Assembly: GCA_050011835.1 (NCBI GenBank)
Contig: JBEKII010000005.1
Location: 1-50,934, forward strand
Origin: Minisyncoccia bacterium
GTDB lineage: Bacteria > Patescibacteriota > Minisyncoccia > Phycocordibacterales > Phycocordibacteraceae
Length of the DNA: 50,934 nucleotides
Direction of reading: 5' to 3'
Under the pieces are notes generated by a model. It saw only the letters and a program-made list of their open reading frames with translations, was not told the DNA's origin and made no database searches. Positions 1 to 10,041 of the stretch are shown in pieces. The position numbers were made by a program, and so were the translations under genes. Position 1 is the first letter of the stretch. Each line of letters starts with the position of its first letter.

Positions 1-148
1 TTATCGCGACAATCGCCGCGCCAATAAAGTTTCCTCTTATCATATTTTATAATTGAGGTTAATTAAGTAAATTGACCTTTCAGCAATTGTATCATTTTTA
101 TTTTCCTGCGCTGCTGTTTATTGACTGTCTGGAACGATATTCGAACAG

Positions 149-580
149 CTATAGAACAGTTTTGAGCAAGTCAACGACCTCGACAAGTTCTTCGTCGGGA
201 CTCTGAGCGCGGCTTCCGGGACGATACAGAAAGACTCTTGGATCGTATTGATAGATACCGGTATCCCCTTCTCTTCGGGGAACGATATGGAGGTGGAAAT
301 GCGGAACCGCCTGACCCCCGGCTTCTCTGTGGTTCCATGCAAAATTAAATCCCTGGGCACCAAAGACTTTCTCCAATGCCGTTTGGAGTTTGCTTCTCAA
401 TTCTTCGACTGACACTTTTTCCTCAGGAGTTAGGTCTTCGTAATACTCGACATGACGTTTTGGGCAAACGAGCATGTGGCCTGGAGTAATTGGGATATTG
501 GTCGGGAAAGCAAAAGCTAAATTGTTTTCAATCGTTATTCGTTCTTGGATATCGGGGTTGTTGCAGAAAATACAGTTCAT
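149..580 (-). CDS. HIT-family (histidine triad) nucleotide hydrolase
   Basis: Tracked ORF 149..772 trimmed to the internal ATG at 580 (MNCIFCNN...). Histidine-triad motif PHFHLHIVPR lies near the C-terminus. The upstream 64 codons look like non-coding read-through. Confidence 0.85.
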   Translation of the reverse strand: MNCIFCNNPDIQERITIENNLAFAFPTNIPITPGHMLVCPKRHVEYYEDLTPEEKVSVEELRSKLQTALEKVFGAQGFNFAWNHREAGGQAVPHFHLHIVPRREGDTGIYQYDPRVFLYRPGSRAQSPDEELVEVVDLLKTVL

Positions 581-635
581 GATTAATTGATTATAGCTTA
601 ACGCATTGGCTGCCCATCGTGGGCGAAGTAGGCAG

Positions 636-809
636 CTATTTCGACTTCTTTGCGTAGTACCAGCGGTGCACACACGCGGCGACATATCCAATCCAGATAC
701 CGCAGATAACCGAGAGAATATCGTGGAACGTGGCGGCGGAGGCGAGGAAGTAACCGACAGCCAATATGACAAAGGTTACGACGACAGTCCCAATATAGTA
801 TTTTTTCAT
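636..809 (-). CDS. Small hypothetical membrane protein (two predicted TM helices)
   Basis: ORF 636..875 trimmed to MKKYYIGTVVV... at 809. It has two hydrophobic stretches, no clear SD and no recognisable family. Confidence 0.35.
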   Translation of the reverse strand: MKKYYIGTVVVTFVILAVGYFLASAATFHDILSVICGIWIGYVAACVHRWYYAKKSK

Positions 810-1313
810 ATTTCTGTAATTGTGTTTAGTAATATTAGTTTCATGTCCAAGACCTATTATCTTGAAAAGTAGCACAAATGCCGGGGGAAATCATTTGCTG
901 CCCATCGTGGACGAAGTTAGAAAAATTCTACTGGGGGGCAAGAGCCAATTTTTCTTCCGTTGCCCTGCATTTGCGATGAAAATGGACACACATTGACATA
1001 ATGGCGACACTATGCTAGTGTTCCAAATAGAAAACATTGGGTCATTGTATGGCTCAAAAACAGCACATTTCACAATCAAACCAAACGAAAGGAGGAGACC
1101 AAATGGGACATAGAGCATTGAAACGCGTGTCACTAGATTTTCAGGGACCTATCGGCAGGGTCTGAAGGGTATATCAACCCCTACCCAGGTCCGCTCGAAT
1201 GCAATCTCTGCGGGGGAAGTGGCTACAATACCGCAACCAAACAAATCGCCGATGACTTCTACAGCTTCGACGACGAGAGTCGTGCGTGGCACGATAAAAT
1301 CACACGAGACGAA

Positions 1314-1895
1314 GTGCAGGCACTCGTAGACCAAGGCCGTCTCATGGACTTCACTCGTGTTCCTCTCAACAACAAACAGAGAGAGGATGTACGGAAGAAG
1401 ATTGCGGAGGGTGGCAACAGTTGGTTACCCTATGACAACGGTCGCGTTCCGACCGCTGACGAAGTGAACGAGTGGGAGAGGAACCCTGGATTATTCGGAC
1501 ATGACGTCATCAACCGCCTTATCTTGATTAAAGCTCGCGCCAAGCGGCTCGGTGTTTTCGGCAAATGCTCGGTGTGCAATGGCGAGGGGACACTCCCTCA
1601 TCCTAACGAGGCGATTCGCAAACTCCACGAGGAGTGGAAAGAATATGAGCCTCCAACCGGCGAGGGCTACCAACTCTGGGAAACCTGTAGCGAAGGGAGT
1701 CCTATCAGTCCAGTGTTCTCCAGCGTAGAGGAACTTGCTGATTGGTGTGAAGAGAATGCAACCATATTTGCCGATGAAAAAACCTCAAGAGAAAATTGGC
1801 GCAAAATGTTCGTCGGCGAGGAAGACCTCGACACTGGGAGTTTGCTCGTCGGGCAACCCGGATACATCGAGGCACTGGCGAATGCTCCGAGGTAA
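1314..1895 (+). CDS. Hypothetical protein with DnaJ-type CxxCxGxG zinc-finger motifs (5' end unresolved)
   Basis: The tracked ORF starts at GTG 1314, but the same frame is open back to 1137 and encodes a first CNLCGGSG motif. The second motif, CSVCNGEG, is inside the ORF. The only strong SD+ATG (1091-1105) is in another frame; see findings. Confidence 0.6.
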   Translation: MQALVDQGRLMDFTRVPLNNKQREDVRKKIAEGGNSWLPYDNGRVPTADEVNEWERNPGLFGHDVINRLILIKARAKRLGVFGKCSVCNGEGTLPHPNEAIRKLHEEWKEYEPPTGEGYQLWETCSEGSPISPVFSSVEELADWCEENATIFADEKTSRENWRKMFVGEEDLDTGSLLVGQPGYIEALANAPR

Positions 1896-1927
1896 CACGG
1901 AATTTCCTCTCGTTCGGGAATTTAGAC

Positions 1928-1963
1928 AGGAGCACGACCTTCGGGTACGGCTCCTTTATTTTT
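1928..1963 (+). terminator. Rho-independent terminator
   Basis: AGGAGC...GCTCCT stem with an inner ACC-TTCG-GGT hairpin, followed by TTATTTTT, 33 nt after the stop at 1895. Confidence 0.6.
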
Positions 1964-2042
1964 ACATAAATGAAATTTGTTAGTTCTAACGTCCTAGACC
2001 CATGAAAAAATAAACGAGATAAAATAATGCTGGAATCGCGAG

Positions 2043-2113
2043 CTGCGGGTCAGGGACTCGAACCCCAATACCATCCTCCAGAGGGATGTGTCCTACCATT
2101 AGACGAACCCGCA
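2043..2113 (-). tRNA. tRNA-Gln (anticodon CUG)
   Basis: Hand-folded 71-nt cloverleaf with anticodon loop CUCUGGA. It has the U1-A72 pair and G73 discriminator typical of bacterial tRNA-Gln. No encoded CCA. Confidence 0.85.
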
Positions 2114-2160
2114 ATAGAGAGACGATACTGCAAATAGCAGGTTTATTCAACTAAGATGCA

Positions 2161-4698
2161 ATGCGTTATAATAAATCTATGTCTTCGTCATTGGGTATGA
2201 AGAAAAGCGACGTATGTCAATTAAGTCAGTCTGAACTTATCGCGCGCCTTCATACATCAATTGACGGGTTACACCAAGAAGAAGCGAGAAAGCGCCTCGC
2301 CGAATACGGTTCAAACGTGGTGGGCAAAAAGACCGCCAACGCCTCGACGGTCCTCGGCCGCCAATTGAAGAGTTCACTTGTATTCTTGCTTGTCATCGCA
2401 AGCGGTATCTCATACGGTATCCATGACTACATCGACGGTACCGTCATTCTCGCTATCCTACTCATCAATACATCACTCGGTTTCTACCAAGAATACAAAT
2501 CGGAAAAAACTATTGAGAAATTATCGCGATTCATCACAAGGCAGGTGAGACTGAAGCGCGACGGCAAAATAGTACTCCTTGATGAATCCCAGATCGTTCC
2601 GGGCGATATACTGGAGGTACGCGAAGGGGACATCGTCCCGGCTGACTTACGACTTTTTGAGGTTGAATATTTGCAAGTCAATGAATCACCATTGACTGGC
2701 GAATCGGTGCCGGTGATTAAACGCGCCTCAGCCGCGCCACACGCAACGCCAGAAACACTCCTTTTTACGGGCAGTACTATCGAAAAAGGTTCCGGCATCG
2801 GTATGGTATATGCGACGGGAAGAGACACCGAGTTTGGAATGATCGCGAAGTTATCTACAGAAACTAAAAAGAAGACGCAGTACGAAAAATCTCTTCAGGC
2901 ATTCAGTTCTCTACTCATGAAAGTGGTACTGGTCGCGGTAACGCTTGTTTTTATTGCCAAACTGCTTTTTGGTTCCGGCCTCTCAAACGTTACTGCCTCT
3001 CTCCTCTTCGTCATCGCACTGGCCGTTTCAACCGTACCGGAGGTATTGCCGGTTATTACCACTGTCACGCTTTCACGAGGCGCACTGAAACTCGCCAAAA
3101 AACATGTGGTGGTAAAGCGTCTCTCCTCCATGGAGGATTTTGGAAATGTGAGCTTGCTGTGCACCGACAAAACCGGAACTATTACCGAAAATAAAATGGC
3201 GATCCATTCTATTACCTCAAGCGACAACGACCTGTTCCAAAGGCTTGCCTATGCGACGATAACACCACTTAAAGGGAGAAAACGGCGGTCTCAAAATTCA
3301 TATGACGATGCTTTCTTTACGTATGTGCCGGAACACATTCAGCGAGAAGCGCGGGAACTCGCCTTTATCAAAGAGATCCCGTTCGACCCCGATGTCCGCA
3401 GGAATAGGGTCATCATCGAGGACACAAAAAATCATAGGCACTATCTCGTGTCCATGGGAGCTCCCGAGACGCTGATGGACATCTCTGTCACCACCAAAAG
3501 ATCCGAATATCTGCATTCCCTTGCTGAGGAGGGGAAAACCGGCCTGCACCACCTCGCTCTCGCGTATAAAGAAGTCGTCTACACTGATGATTTTGATATT
3601 TTGAAGCAGGAACATGGATTGCATTTCTTGGGATACGCCAGCTTTGAAGACCCGCTCCGACCAAGCGCGAAAATGGCCATCGAGCATGCAGAAAAACTCG
3701 GCATTAAGGTCAAAATACTTACCGGTGACAGCAGAGAAGTCGCTGAATATGTGGGCAAACAAATCGGGCTTGTCCGCGAGAATGAACGGGTATACCTCGG
3801 AGACGAATTGGACGCATTATCCCCCGAAAAATTTAACGACGCGGTGCTTAATTCAAATATTTTCGCACGCGTTTCCCCGACACAAAAATTCAACATCGTC
3901 GCTGCGCTCAAGAAAAAATATGTAGTCGCGTATCAGGGCGACGGCATCAACGATGCTCCAGCACTTAAGCTCGCAGATGTCGCTATCGCAGTCGATACGG
4001 CAACCGACATTGCAAAAGAGAACGCTGATATTGTATTGCTCAACCGAAGCCTTGAAGTAATCGTGAACGGCATGCGGTATGGCCGCTCAATCTTCGTGAA
4101 TATCAACAAGTATATTCGATACACGATGGTCAATAATTTCGGCATACTTATCGCTTTGTCCATTCTGTATCTTTTTTCCGCCGAATTGCCAATTCTCCCT
4201 GTACAAGTACTTTTAAATAATCTCTTCGGCGACTTACCACTCCTCACGGTTTCTTCGGATACTGTGGAGGATAAAGAAGTCGTGAGGCCCGAGCAACACA
4301 ACATCAAAGAACTCATGCTACTGGCGCTTATTCTCGGCGTGCCGACGGCGCTGTTTGAACTCTTGTATTTCTTCGTCATTCGTATGCAGCCAACGCCATT
4401 ACTGCAAACGAGTTTGTATGTATTCTTTACCCTCCAGGCCCTCATTATTTTCTATACCATTAGAACTAAAGACCATTTCTGGGAGACGAAAGCGCCGCCA
4501 TTCTTCATGAATATTTCGTTTGTGGCGGCCTCGGCATTTTCTCTTGCGATCGTCTACATTCCCCGATTCCAAATGTGGTTTTCCTTTGTACCGTTGCCCA
4601 CGATATCGGTTATCGTTATCTTGGCTTCTGTCGTTTTCTATCTCTTCGCGACTGATTTCGTAAAAGTACGATATTACCGAAGAAGCGCCGCGGCCTAA
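2161..4698 (+). CDS. Cation-transporting P-type ATPase (P2/P3-type, Mg2+/Ca2+/H+ class)
   Basis: 845-aa ORF with phosphorylation motif CTDKTGTIT, TGDS, hinge motif GDGINDAPAL and about 10 TM segments. The start could also be ATG 2179 or 2197. Confidence 0.9.
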   Translation: MRYNKSMSSSLGMKKSDVCQLSQSELIARLHTSIDGLHQEEARKRLAEYGSNVVGKKTANASTVLGRQLKSSLVFLLVIASGISYGIHDYIDGTVILAILLINTSLGFYQEYKSEKTIEKLSRFITRQVRLKRDGKIVLLDESQIVPGDILEVREGDIVPADLRLFEVEYLQVNESPLTGESVPVIKRASAAPHATPETLLFTGSTIEKGSGIGMVYATGRDTEFGMIAKLSTETKKKTQYEKSLQAFSSLLMKVVLVAVTLVFIAKLLFGSGLSNVTASLLFVIALAVSTVPEVLPVITTVTLSRGALKLAKKHVVVKRLSSMEDFGNVSLLCTDKTGTITENKMAIHSITSSDNDLFQRLAYATITPLKGRKRRSQNSYDDAFFTYVPEHIQREARELAFIKEIPFDPDVRRNRVIIEDTKNHRHYLVSMGAPETLMDISVTTKRSEYLHSLAEEGKTGLHHLALAYKEVVYTDDFDILKQEHGLHFLGYASFEDPLRPSAKMAIEHAEKLGIKVKILTGDSREVAEYVGKQIGLVRENERVYLGDELDALSPEKFNDAVLNSNIFARVSPTQKFNIVAALKKKYVVAYQGDGINDAPALKLADVAIAVDTATDIAKENADIVLLNRSLEVIVNGMRYGRSIFVNINKYIRYTMVNNFGILIALSILYLFSAELPILPVQVLLNNLFGDLPLLTVSSDTVEDKEVVRPEQHNIKELMLLALILGVPTALFELLYFFVIRMQPTPLLQTSLYVFFTLQALIIFYTIRTKDHFWETKAPPFFMNISFVAASAFSLAIVYIPRFQMWFSFVPLPTISVIVILASVVFYLFATDFVKVRYYRRSAAA

Positions 4699-5441
4699 AT
4701 TTCTATCCGAGAAAAGAAATACGAGCCGAGCACGAGGAATACCACCGTTACCACGGCGAGAACGCTGATATCAAGCATGAGCGGGAAAGTCGCGGTGCCG
4801 ATAAGGAAGTAGCGAAGCGCGTCAACGCCGTAAGAAAGCGGGTCAAAGCGCGCGACTAAAAGCAGGGCGGACGGCACGTTATTCAATGGGAACAGCGCGC
4901 CCGAAAGGAAGAAGAGCGGCATCACGAGAAAATTCATAATGAGCTGGAATCCCTGCATGTCCTTCAAGTTTGAGGCGACCGTGATGCCGAGCGCGCTGAA
5001 GAGAAGCGCAATAAGAAGCATAATGAGAATTGCCGACACGCTGCCGAGAAACGAAGCGGGACGGAAACCGGCAACGATAGCGAGAAGGAGGACAAGAACT
5101 CCTTGAGCGGTTGATACTGTCGCGCCGCCGAGCGTTCTGCCAAACATAATAGAAAGTCGGGAAACCGGTGCGACCATCGTTTCTTTCAGGAATCCAAATT
5201 GCCGGTCCCAAATGACCTGCATACCGTTAAAGATGGCGGTAAAAATAATGGACATGCCGATGATACCCGGTGCGATGAACTCCAGATAATTCCCCTGCCC
5301 CGCTTTCGCGAACACCGGCCCGAGCCCGTATCCGAGCGCAATGAGGAAGAGGAGCGGCTGGCCAAGCGCACCAACAATGCGTGATTTAGAGCGAATGAAC
5401 CGCTTTACTTCCCTAAGCCACATGATGTAAATGGGTTTCAT
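4695..5441 (-). CDS. ABC-2 type transporter permease
   Basis: ORF 4695..5519 trimmed to MKPIYIMWLREVKRF at 5441, 10 nt after the stop of the upstream ATPase gene. Six hydrophobic segments, typical ABC-2 layout. Confidence 0.8.
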   Translation of the reverse strand: MKPIYIMWLREVKRFIRSKSRIVGALGQPLLFLIALGYGLGPVFAKAGQGNYLEFIAPGIIGMSIIFTAIFNGMQVIWDRQFGFLKETMVAPVSRLSIMFGRTLGGATVSTAQGVLVLLLAIVAGFRPASFLGSVSAILIMLLIALLFSALGITVASNLKDMQGFQLIMNFLVMPLFFLSGALFPLNNVPSALLLVARFDPLSYGVDALRYFLIGTATFPLMLDISVLAVVTVVFLVLGSYFFSRIEI

Positions 5442-5451
5442 ATAAACATGA

Positions 5452-6255
5452 TTAGCGCCGATTCCCGCCCCATCTCTGGCTGCGCGTGCGCATGCGGTCG
5501 AGTGAACTCGCCGACTCATCGCGAATAACGTTCCCCGTGAGCTTCAAAAATGCTTCTTCAAGAGTCGCGGTGCCTGTCTGCTTCTGCAGTTCTTCGCTAC
5601 TCCCCTGCGCGATGATAACGCCGTGGTCAATAATAGCGATAGTTCTCGCGATATGGTCGGCCTCCTCCATGTAATGTGTCGTAAAGAAAACGGTAATGCC
5701 TTCGTCGGCATTTAACTTCTGCACATAATTCCAAATGTGATTGCGCGTTTGCGGGTCCAACCCAAGCGTTGGCTCATCAAGGAAAATAATTTTCGGATGA
5801 TGAAGAAGGCCGCGTGCGATTTCCAATCGTCGCTTCATGCCGCCCGAAAAGTCGCGGACAAAATCATTGCGGCGATCCGAAAGTTCAACGAGCGAGAGCA
5901 TTTCATCAATACGCGACTTCAGTGTGTCCTTTGGCACATGATATAAGACGCCATGCAATTTAAGATTCTCAAGCGCAGTAAGGTCTTCATCAAGCGAAGG
6001 GTCTTGAAAGACGATACCGAAGGAATGGCGTGCCGAGTCGGAGTGAGCGACGGGGTCAAAGCCATTGATGCGAAGCGTGCCGGATGTCGGATGCAAAAGA
6101 GTCGTAAGCATTTTAATCGTCGTGGATTTTCCCGCGCCGTTCGGGCCAAGAAATGCGAAAATGTTGCCTTCTTTCACCGAAAACGACACATCCTTCACCG
6201 CGACAAAATCGCCGAACTTCTTAGTGAGATTTTTGACTTCAATGATATTCGCCAT
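5452..6255 (-). CDS. ABC transporter ATP-binding protein (ABC-2/DrrA-like)
   Basis: Walker A GPNGAGKST, signature FSGGMKRRL and Walker B IIFLDEPT. It pairs with the downstream permease. Confidence 0.9.
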   Translation of the reverse strand: MANIIEVKNLTKKFGDFVAVKDVSFSVKEGNIFAFLGPNGAGKSTTIKMLTTLLHPTSGTLRINGFDPVAHSDSARHSFGIVFQDPSLDEDLTALENLKLHGVLYHVPKDTLKSRIDEMLSLVELSDRRNDFVRDFSGGMKRRLEIARGLLHHPKIIFLDEPTLGLDPQTRNHIWNYVQKLNADEGITVFFTTHYMEEADHIARTIAIIDHGVIIAQGSSEELQKQTGTATLEEAFLKLTGNVIRDESASSLDRMRTRSQRWGGNRR

Positions 6256-6295
6256 GCGTTGCTACAAATATATTACTGTAATACGTTACTAAAAT

Positions 6296-7954
6296 CTATT
6301 TCTTTTTCCTTCGCGCGATAGCGGCTTTGATGAATTCGGTAAAAAGCGGATGCGGAGCAAGCGGACGCGCTTGAAACTCTGGATGAAATTGTGTGCCGAG
6401 CATAAAGGGATGTACCGAACGTGGGAGCTCGGCAATTTCCATAAGGACGGAATCGGGGCTGGTGCCAGAAAAGACGAGACCGGCCTTCTCAAGCGGTTGT
6501 ATGTAGGCGGGATTAATTTCGTAGCGATGGCGGTGGCGCTCTTCTATGAGTTCTTTTTTATACGCGGCGCGCGCCATCGTGCCCTTCTTGAGGTAACAAG
6601 GATAAGCGCCGAGGCGCATCGTGCCGCCGTATTTATTGTCGGCGAGATGCTTTTTTTGTTCCAGCATCACGTCAACGACTGGGTCGGCGGCGCTTTTTTT
6701 AATCTCGGTCGTATGCGCGTCTTTGAGCCCGAGGACGTCGCGTGCATATTCAATCACCATAAGCTGCATGCCGTAACAAAGGCCCAGATATGGAATTTTT
6801 TTCTCGCGTGCGAATCGTATTGCCTTTATTTTTCCTTCAATGCCCGTCTCGCCAAAACCGCCGGGAACGATGATGCCGTCGTATTTCGCGAGCGCGGCGG
6901 CGGCTTTTGCGCCGCCGCGCTCTATTTCTTTTGCATTTATCCATGAGATTTTCGGACGACGGCCGAGTTTTGCCGCAGAAAACTTTATCGCCTCAATAAC
7001 CGAGAGATAGGCATCAGAAAGAACGAAATCGCCCGTATCAAAATACTTCCCGACAATCGCGATAGACACTTCCGGCGCTTTTGCATTCGTCGCCGCAAGC
7101 ACGAATTTCTTCCATGCCGCGAGCGATATTTTTTTCTTCTCGGGCAGATGAAGCGCGTCAAGGAGCAAATCGCCCAGCTTATCCTTCTCAAAATTGAGCG
7201 GGACTTCATAAATGCTCTGAATGTCGGGAGCGGAAATGATTCGGTCGGGCCGAACATTACACCAAATCGCTAATTTTTCTTTCCGCTTATCGTCAAGCGC
7301 GTGCGTAGAGCGCGCAACGATAAAATCCGGCTGCACGCCGTACGAATTTAAGGCGCGCACCGCCGTTTGAGTGGGCTTGGTTTTCATTTCGCCAATCGTC
7401 CCCGGCACGGGAAGATAGGACACCATCACAAAAAGCACGTCTTCCGGATACCTCATCTTCATCACGCGCGCCGCTTCAATAAAGAGCGCGTTCTGGAAAT
7501 CACCCACGGTGCCGCCGATTTCAATGACGGAGATGTTGCTGCCGTTGTAGTCGGTCGCGGCTTCCATGCGCTTGATGATTTCATCGCGCACGTGCGGTAT
7601 CGCTTCAACAAACTTACCGTTATAGCCGAGCGCCCGTTCGCGCGTGATGACTGCCTGGTACACCATACCGCTTGTCATGTAGTCCTCGTTGGTAAGGTCG
7701 CGGTCAAGGAAACGTTCGTAATTACCCATGTCTTGGTCGGTTTCAAGCCCGCTTCGCAGAACGAACACCTCGCCATGCTCGGTCGGATTCATTGTGCCGG
7801 CGTCAACGTTAAGATACGGGTCAATCTTCACGAGATTTACCGGATACCCTCTTTGCTGGAGCAAAAGGCCAACGGAACTCGTAACGATACCCTTGCCGAC
7901 ACCGCTCATAACTCCCCCGAGAACGAATATATATTTATGACCTTCTTTCGCCAT
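6296..7954 (-). CDS. pyrG: CTP synthase
   Basis: 552 aa. N-terminal synthetase domain (GGVMSGVGKG) plus C-terminal glutamine amidotransferase with GLCYGMQ and the HRHRYE motif. Confidence 0.95.
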   Translation of the reverse strand: MAKEGHKYIFVLGGVMSGVGKGIVTSSVGLLLQQRGYPVNLVKIDPYLNVDAGTMNPTEHGEVFVLRSGLETDQDMGNYERFLDRDLTNEDYMTSGMVYQAVITRERALGYNGKFVEAIPHVRDEIIKRMEAATDYNGSNISVIEIGGTVGDFQNALFIEAARVMKMRYPEDVLFVMVSYLPVPGTIGEMKTKPTQTAVRALNSYGVQPDFIVARSTHALDDKRKEKLAIWCNVRPDRIISAPDIQSIYEVPLNFEKDKLGDLLLDALHLPEKKKISLAAWKKFVLAATNAKAPEVSIAIVGKYFDTGDFVLSDAYLSVIEAIKFSAAKLGRRPKISWINAKEIERGGAKAAAALAKYDGIIVPGGFGETGIEGKIKAIRFAREKKIPYLGLCYGMQLMVIEYARDVLGLKDAHTTEIKKSAADPVVDVMLEQKKHLADNKYGGTMRLGAYPCYLKKGTMARAAYKKELIEERHRHRYEINPAYIQPLEKAGLVFSGTSPDSVLMEIAELPRSVHPFMLGTQFHPEFQARPLAPHPLFTEFIKAAIARRKKK

Positions 7955-7955
7955 A

Positions 7956-8882
7956 TTAAACCTTCAGATACTTGCGAATAGCGAGCAGTGACGCAATCGC
8001 TCCCAGCGCGATGCCCGAGCACATAATGATAGAGAAGACAAGGAAGAAATGGCTGCTGTAATAACTCGCCACGCTGAAACCGCCGAACCATGCCGCGGTC
8101 TTCATCCCTGCATACCAAGTCGCCGGCCAGAGGAGAAGCAATACGAGCACCGCCGCACTAATGCCGGTAATGACGCCTGCGACGATGAAAGGTCCTCGAA
8201 TATAGGAGTTGGAAGCGCCCACGAGCCGCATCACCGCGACTTCGTCCTTAGCGGTATAGATGGCGAGACGAATAGTCGCGAACGCGATGAGAATAGACGC
8301 GATGGCGAAGAAAATGACAACGGCGAAACCGATCTCCTGCGTTGCTTGTAGCGCGAGGGAAAGACGGTCAATGACCTCTTTATTCTGCGCATAATTAATG
8401 CGGTCCACTATGGAGGTGCCGCCCGCAGAGAGCGCCGGCGAGGCGTCAAGAAAGTCCGCGATGCTTTCGTATTCGGAAGGGTCTTTCGCACGTACTTCAA
8501 GCGACGCATCAAGTGGATTGCCGCCAAGCTCATCCAAGGCTTGGAGCGTCAATTGGTCACTCGCATGCCGCGCACGAAAGGCGGCGAGGGCATCGGCGGC
8601 GGAAGTATAGGTAACACTTTCAACCTGCGGCAATTTCTCAAGCTGGTCCTTTACCGCGAGAATATCACTCTCGCTCGCTGTGGTAATGAAATAAACCGAA
8701 ATATCAACTTTCTCCTTGATGGAATTCAGTGTGTAGGAAAGAAGCGCCGAGAGGAAAATCAAAGAACCGATAATCGCGAGCGTCACGGTCATAATAAGCA
8801 CCGTCGCGGCTGAGACCGCGCCGCCGCGTGTGAAATTCTTTCCGCCGCCCACGAGGACCCTTTTAATAATCATCCAACTCAT
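7956..8882 (-). CDS. ftsX: Cell division permease-like protein FtsX
   Basis: 308 aa with TM1, an extracytoplasmic domain and three C-terminal TMs. It lies immediately downstream of ftsE. Confidence 0.85.
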   Translation of the reverse strand: MSWMIIKRVLVGGGKNFTRGGAVSAATVLIMTVTLAIIGSLIFLSALLSYTLNSIKEKVDISVYFITTASESDILAVKDQLEKLPQVESVTYTSAADALAAFRARHASDQLTLQALDELGGNPLDASLEVRAKDPSEYESIADFLDASPALSAGGTSIVDRINYAQNKEVIDRLSLALQATQEIGFAVVIFFAIASILIAFATIRLAIYTAKDEVAVMRLVGASNSYIRGPFIVAGVITGISAAVLVLLLLWPATWYAGMKTAAWFGGFSVASYYSSHFFLVFSIIMCSGIALGAIASLLAIRKYLKV

Positions 8883-8891
8883 ACGGGAATT

Positions 8892-9569
8892 CTACACGAC
8901 ATACTTGCCTTCCGCATCATCGCGCACCAGCTTCCCGCGGTCTATGGTGATAACACGTTTAGCGATAGCGTCAACCACGCCTCGGTTATGCGTGGCGATG
9001 ATAACGGTCGTGCCGAGCTCGTTGATTTTTTTCAAAATCTCAACAACTTCATACGTATTAATCGGGTCAAGATTGCCGGTCGGCTCATCGGCAATGATAA
9101 GTTCCGGCTGGTTGATAATCGCGCGGCCGATGGCAACGCGCTGTTTCTCGCCGCCCGAGAGCTGGTCGGGGAAATGCGTCGCCTTATCGGAAAGGTTCAC
9201 CAGCGAAAGAATGTACGGCACGTCGCTCGCAATCTCGCCGTCGTCGCGGCCGGCGGCCTCCATTGCGAACGCGATGTTCTCATACGAGGTCTTGTTCGGA
9301 ATGAGACGAAAGTCCTGAAATACCATGCCGATTTTGCGGCGATAGTGATGCAATGCCGAACTCGGTAAATCATTGACATTCACCGATTCAAAGAAGACGG
9401 TGCCCTCGGTGGGACGTTCCTCCGCCAAGAGAAGCTTCAAGAGCGTCGTCTTCCCCGCGCCCGAGTGGCCGACGATGGAGACGAATTCTTTGGGGGCGAT
9501 GGAGATAGTGACCCCGTCAATCGCCGCCGTATCTCCGTACCGTTTCGTCACCTTATCAAAATAAATCAT
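8892..9569 (-). CDS. ftsE: Cell division ATP-binding protein FtsE
   Basis: Walker [10 protein letters not shown], signature LSGGEKQRV and Walker [10 protein letters not shown]. Conserved ftsE-ftsX order. Confidence 0.9.
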   Translation of the reverse strand: MIYFDKVTKRYGDTAAIDGVTISIAPKEFVSIVGHSGAGKTTLLKLLLAEERPTEGTVFFESVNVNDLPSSALHHYRRKIGMVFQDFRLIPNKTSYENIAFAMEAAGRDDGEIASDVPYILSLVNLSDKATHFPDQLSGGEKQRVAIGRAIINQPELIIADEPTGNLDPINTYEVVEILKKINELGTTVIIATHNRGVVDAIAKRVITIDRGKLVRDDAEGKYVV

Positions 9570-9664
9570 GCGTTTTTGCTATTGTACCTTATTCACTCCC
9601 TTTCCGTCCAGAAAATCAAATATCTCGTCTGCGCGAGTTGGGGATAAAGATGATAAGAACACAA

Positions 9665-9690
9665 GATGCCCTGCCTAGTAACAGGGCATC
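9665..9690 (-). terminator. Hairpin, possible weak terminator or attenuator after the small ORF
   Basis: GATGCCCTG / CAGGGCATC 9-bp stem with an 8-nt loop, followed on the minus strand by a moderately U-rich stretch. Confidence 0.35.
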
Positions 9691-9743
9691 TCTCTCTACC
9701 TTCCGTCCCGCGAAAGTTGCAGAGGTTAACCTCCGCACCCGGA

Positions 9744-9959
9744 TCAGTACCCGGGTTGTCTCTTCACGTTCGGATCATGGCATCTGGTCTTTCCGTCGAG
9801 GCACATGATGTCTTCCTCCGGCACGTATTCCTTGGGAATGGCTGGGACCGCTTTCCCCAACAGAATGTCTCGAACCCCCTTTCGGCCCCCGAGTCTTTTC
9901 TCGACAACGGCACGTTGTTTTTCGCTCATCCTCCCTAACAAGGATTGTTTTGAACTCAT
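9744..9959 (-). CDS. Small hypothetical protein (71 aa)
   Basis: Strong SD (GGGAGG, 7-nt spacer) before ATG 9959. It sits between prfB and ftsE on the same strand. No family recognised. Confidence 0.5.
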   Translation of the reverse strand: MSSKQSLLGRMSEKQRAVVEKRLGGRKGVRDILLGKAVPAIPKEYVPEEDIMCLDGKTRCHDPNVKRQPGY

Positions 9960-10041
9960 AATTTTCCTCCCTTCGATGTTTCGGTATTTTCGTTCTCACT
10001 CCAAACAGCTTATCTAGTTCGCAGTATTACCACCTCTTTAA

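Noticed and set aside
604-917. A 26-nt direct repeat (CATT[G/T]GCTGCCCATCGTGG[G/A]CGAAGT) at 604-629 and 892-917, 24/26 identical.
   Set aside because: It is real but short. Copy 1 forms a GCTGCC/GGCAGC hairpin at the end of the small membrane-protein gene, while copy 2 lacks the 3' arm. There is no consistent coding or structural reading and no further copies in the window, so there is too little to interpret.
1163-1165. Possible UGA-as-sense genetic code (code 25, as in Gracilibacteria/Absconditabacteria), prompted by the in-frame TGA at 1163.
   Set aside because: An RF2 gene with an SPF motif is present. Conserved genes end on TGA at the expected positions (infB, rbfA). Reading through TGA 1163 in the same frame gives a nonsensical arginine-rich peptide rather than the zinc-finger sequence.
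3298-3762. Long antisense or alternate-frame ORFs inside large conserved genes. Examples are 3298..3762 in the ATPase, 7367..7981 in pyrG, 38214..38798 in gyrA, 43557..44300 opposite pth and 17075..17740 in the ABC exporter.
   Set aside because: All lie wholly within genes that have strong family signatures on the other frame or strand, and their own sequences are low-complexity. They are typical shadow ORFs in moderately GC-rich DNA.
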